Shown: one piece after another, positions 55,801 through 58,800 of the stretch
How positions within the stretch are numbered: the stretch's first letter is position 1
Layout: every line of letters starts with the position of its first letter
Source: an uncultured bacterium
GTDB lineage: Bacteria > UBA8481
NCBI GenBank assembly: GCA_964499705.1
Contig: CAZCME010000001.1
Location: 8,943 to 72,942 of the forward strand
DNA: 64,000 nucleotides
Direction: 5' to 3'
The notes under the pieces: model-generated
What the model saw: only the letters and a program-made list of their open reading frames with translations
Told to the model about the DNA's origin: nothing
Database searches by the model: none
Translations under genes and position numbers: made by a program

Positions 55801-58800
55801 TACATCGATACGCTCATCTCCGTCAGCGCATCCTCGCCCGCCGCGAATGCGGAGACATTGGTGCTGCGGCCGGCCTTCGCCTGGACGGGAGCAGCGGACT
55901 CTTACCGGTTCGACCTCTCGCGGTCGGCGACCTTCGCGACGCTCGTGGAGACATCCGCGATGACGGCGCAGGGACTGACGATCGCCTCGAGCCTGACTGC
56001 GGACACGTACTATTGGCGCGTGGCGGCCTGGGATGCGGCCGGCAACGCCGACACGACCGCGGCGCGGACTCTCTTCGTCGACACGGGCGTCACCGTTGCG
56101 TCGGCGCCGCCCGCCGACAATACGAGGACGAACGATTCGTCGCCCTCCTTCACGTGGGCGGGCGACGGCGATTCATACACGTTCCAGATCGCGCGCGACA
56201 CATCCTTCGGTGCGATCGTCGATTCGAGAACCACGGCTGCGGCGGCCTACACGACCTCCTTCTACTACGGGGCGGACACGTATTACTGGCGCGTGCTGGC
56301 GACGGATGACGCGGGCAATCTGGCGTCTTCCGCCTCGCGGCTCATCGTGATCGACACGGGCGTCGTCATCGCGCTTTCATCGCCCGCCGACGGCGCGCTC
56401 TCGAACGATTCCACGCCGGCTTTCACGTGGACGGGCGACGCGGATACGTACGTTCTCCAGGTATCCAGCACGTCGACGTTCGCTGCGATCTTCGACTCGA
56501 GAACGACCTCGGCGACGACATATACGCCTTCCTCGGGATATGCGACCGACACCTACTGGTGGCGCGTGATCGGATACGACGCGCTGGGCAACGTTGAGAC
56601 GACGGCATCCCGGACGTTCCGGCTCATGACGGCCGTTGCCGTCAACCTCCTGACGCCGTCGGACAGTTTCTACGCGAACGTGCTCTCCCCGTCTTTCACG
56701 TGGACCGGCACGGGCGACACGTACACGTTTCAGCTCTCGTCGTCCCCGACGTTCGCGACGCTTGCGGAGAGCGTCCAGCAGCCGACGCTCTCGAGAACCA
56801 CCGCTCTCTCGCTGGGAGCGGGTGTCTGGTATTGGCGCGTCATCGCCCGCGACGTGGCCGGGAACACCGACACGGCCGTCGCGCGCGCGCTCGTCATCGA
56901 CACCTCCGCTTCGGTCGCACTGGCGACGCCGGCGGATGCGACGCGCACGAGCGATTCGACGCCGTCCTACTCATGGACGGGCGACGGGGACACATGGACG
57001 GTTCAGATTGCGCGCGACGCAGGCTTTGCAACAATCGTGCAGCAGTCGACGGTGAACGTTCAGACATACACCGCGACGATCCTCCCGGAGGACACGTACT
57101 ACTGGCGCGTGATCGCGAGAGACAAAGCCGGCAACTCCGACACGGCTGCCGCTCGCAGCTTCATCGTCGATACCTTTGTCAGTGTCGCGCTCGATACGCC
57201 GGGAGACCTGTACAAGTCCCGCGACGTCACGCCGAACCTTTTCTGGACCGGCACGGGCGATACGTACCGCGTGGAGATATCCCGCTCGGCGACCTTCGCG
57301 CCGCTTTACGAGACAGCGACTCTTGCGGCTTCGCCCTTCAACTCTGCCGTCGTTTACCCGGGCGACACCTATTACTGGCGCGTCATCGCGACGGACCAGG
57401 CGGGCAACTTCGACACGACAGCGGCGCGCCGGTTCATCGTCGACACAACGGCGCCGGACACATCAACGACTGTGACGCTCACGACGCCCGCCGATCAGCA
57501 CGACACGAGCGACTCGACGCCGACCTTCCTCTGGTCGGGCGACGCGGACACGTACATCATCCAGGTCGCGCGTGACACGTCGTTCGCGGCGCTTGTCGAC
57601 GCAGCGACGCTTTCCGGCGCGGTCTCGTATACGACGGCCGGATACTATGCGCAGGATACATACTACTGGCGCGTCATCGGATTCGACGTTGCCGGCAATT
57701 ACGACACAACGCCGGCCCGCCGCATTGCGATCGATACAACGGTGAACGTGGCTCTCGCGTCGCCGTCCGATGCCATTCAGACGCTCGATACGCGTCCGAC
57801 GTTCACGTGGACCGGCGACGGCGACACATATCTGCTGGAGCTCGCCTTCAACGACAACACCTTTGCGACGCTCCATGATTCCCAACTGAGCTCGGCGCTG
57901 ACCTACCGTCCCTCCGCCGCGAAATACATGGGAGCCGGGATCTACTACTGGAGAGTGACGGTCTGGGATCGGCTCGGCAATCAGAAGACCGCGTCCACCC
58001 GGTCGCTCTTTATTGACACGGAAGTCCGCGTCACGCTCTCGACGCCTGCCGACGGCGATTCGACGACGAACAACCGGCCGACGTACACCTGGGCGGGCGA
58101 CGCGGACACGTACTGGCTCCAGGTCTCCACGAGCGCGGTCTTCGCCACGATCTACGATTCGAAGTATCAGGCGGCGAACAGCTACACGCCGGGCTTCTCG
58201 TCATCCGGCGGCACTTATTACTGGCGCGTGACCGGCTACGATCAGGCCGGCAACATCTTCACAACGACCGGCCGGTCGCTGCTCATCGTGAACGCGCTGA
58301 CGCTCTCGCTCACAGCTCCGGCCGACAACATCCGCACGACCGATTCGACGCCGTCCTTCACCTGGACGGGCAACGGCGATTCCTACACGTTCGAGATCTC
58401 CAAATCGTCATCGTTTGCGACGACGATCGACACGAAGAACCTTACGGTGACGAATTACGCGCCCGCGGGCTACTACGGAGCCGACACGTACTACTGGCGC
58501 GTCATCGGCCGCGACTCGGCCGGCAACACCTTCACGTCGCCGACGCGCACGCTCGGCATCGACACCATCGCGGCGGTTTCCCTGACGTCGCCGGCGAGCG
58601 GCACGCGGACGAAGGATACGCGCCCGATCCTGGTGTGGTCCGGCGACGCGACGTCGAACGCGAGCGACGTCTTCACGGTCCAGGTCTCGACGTCCCTCTC
58701 CTTCGCGACGATCGCGGCGACGACGTCCGGCTATGTCTCCTCCTACCAGCCGACGCTTGTCGCGGATACATACTACTGGCGCGTGCTTCTCGTCGATGCG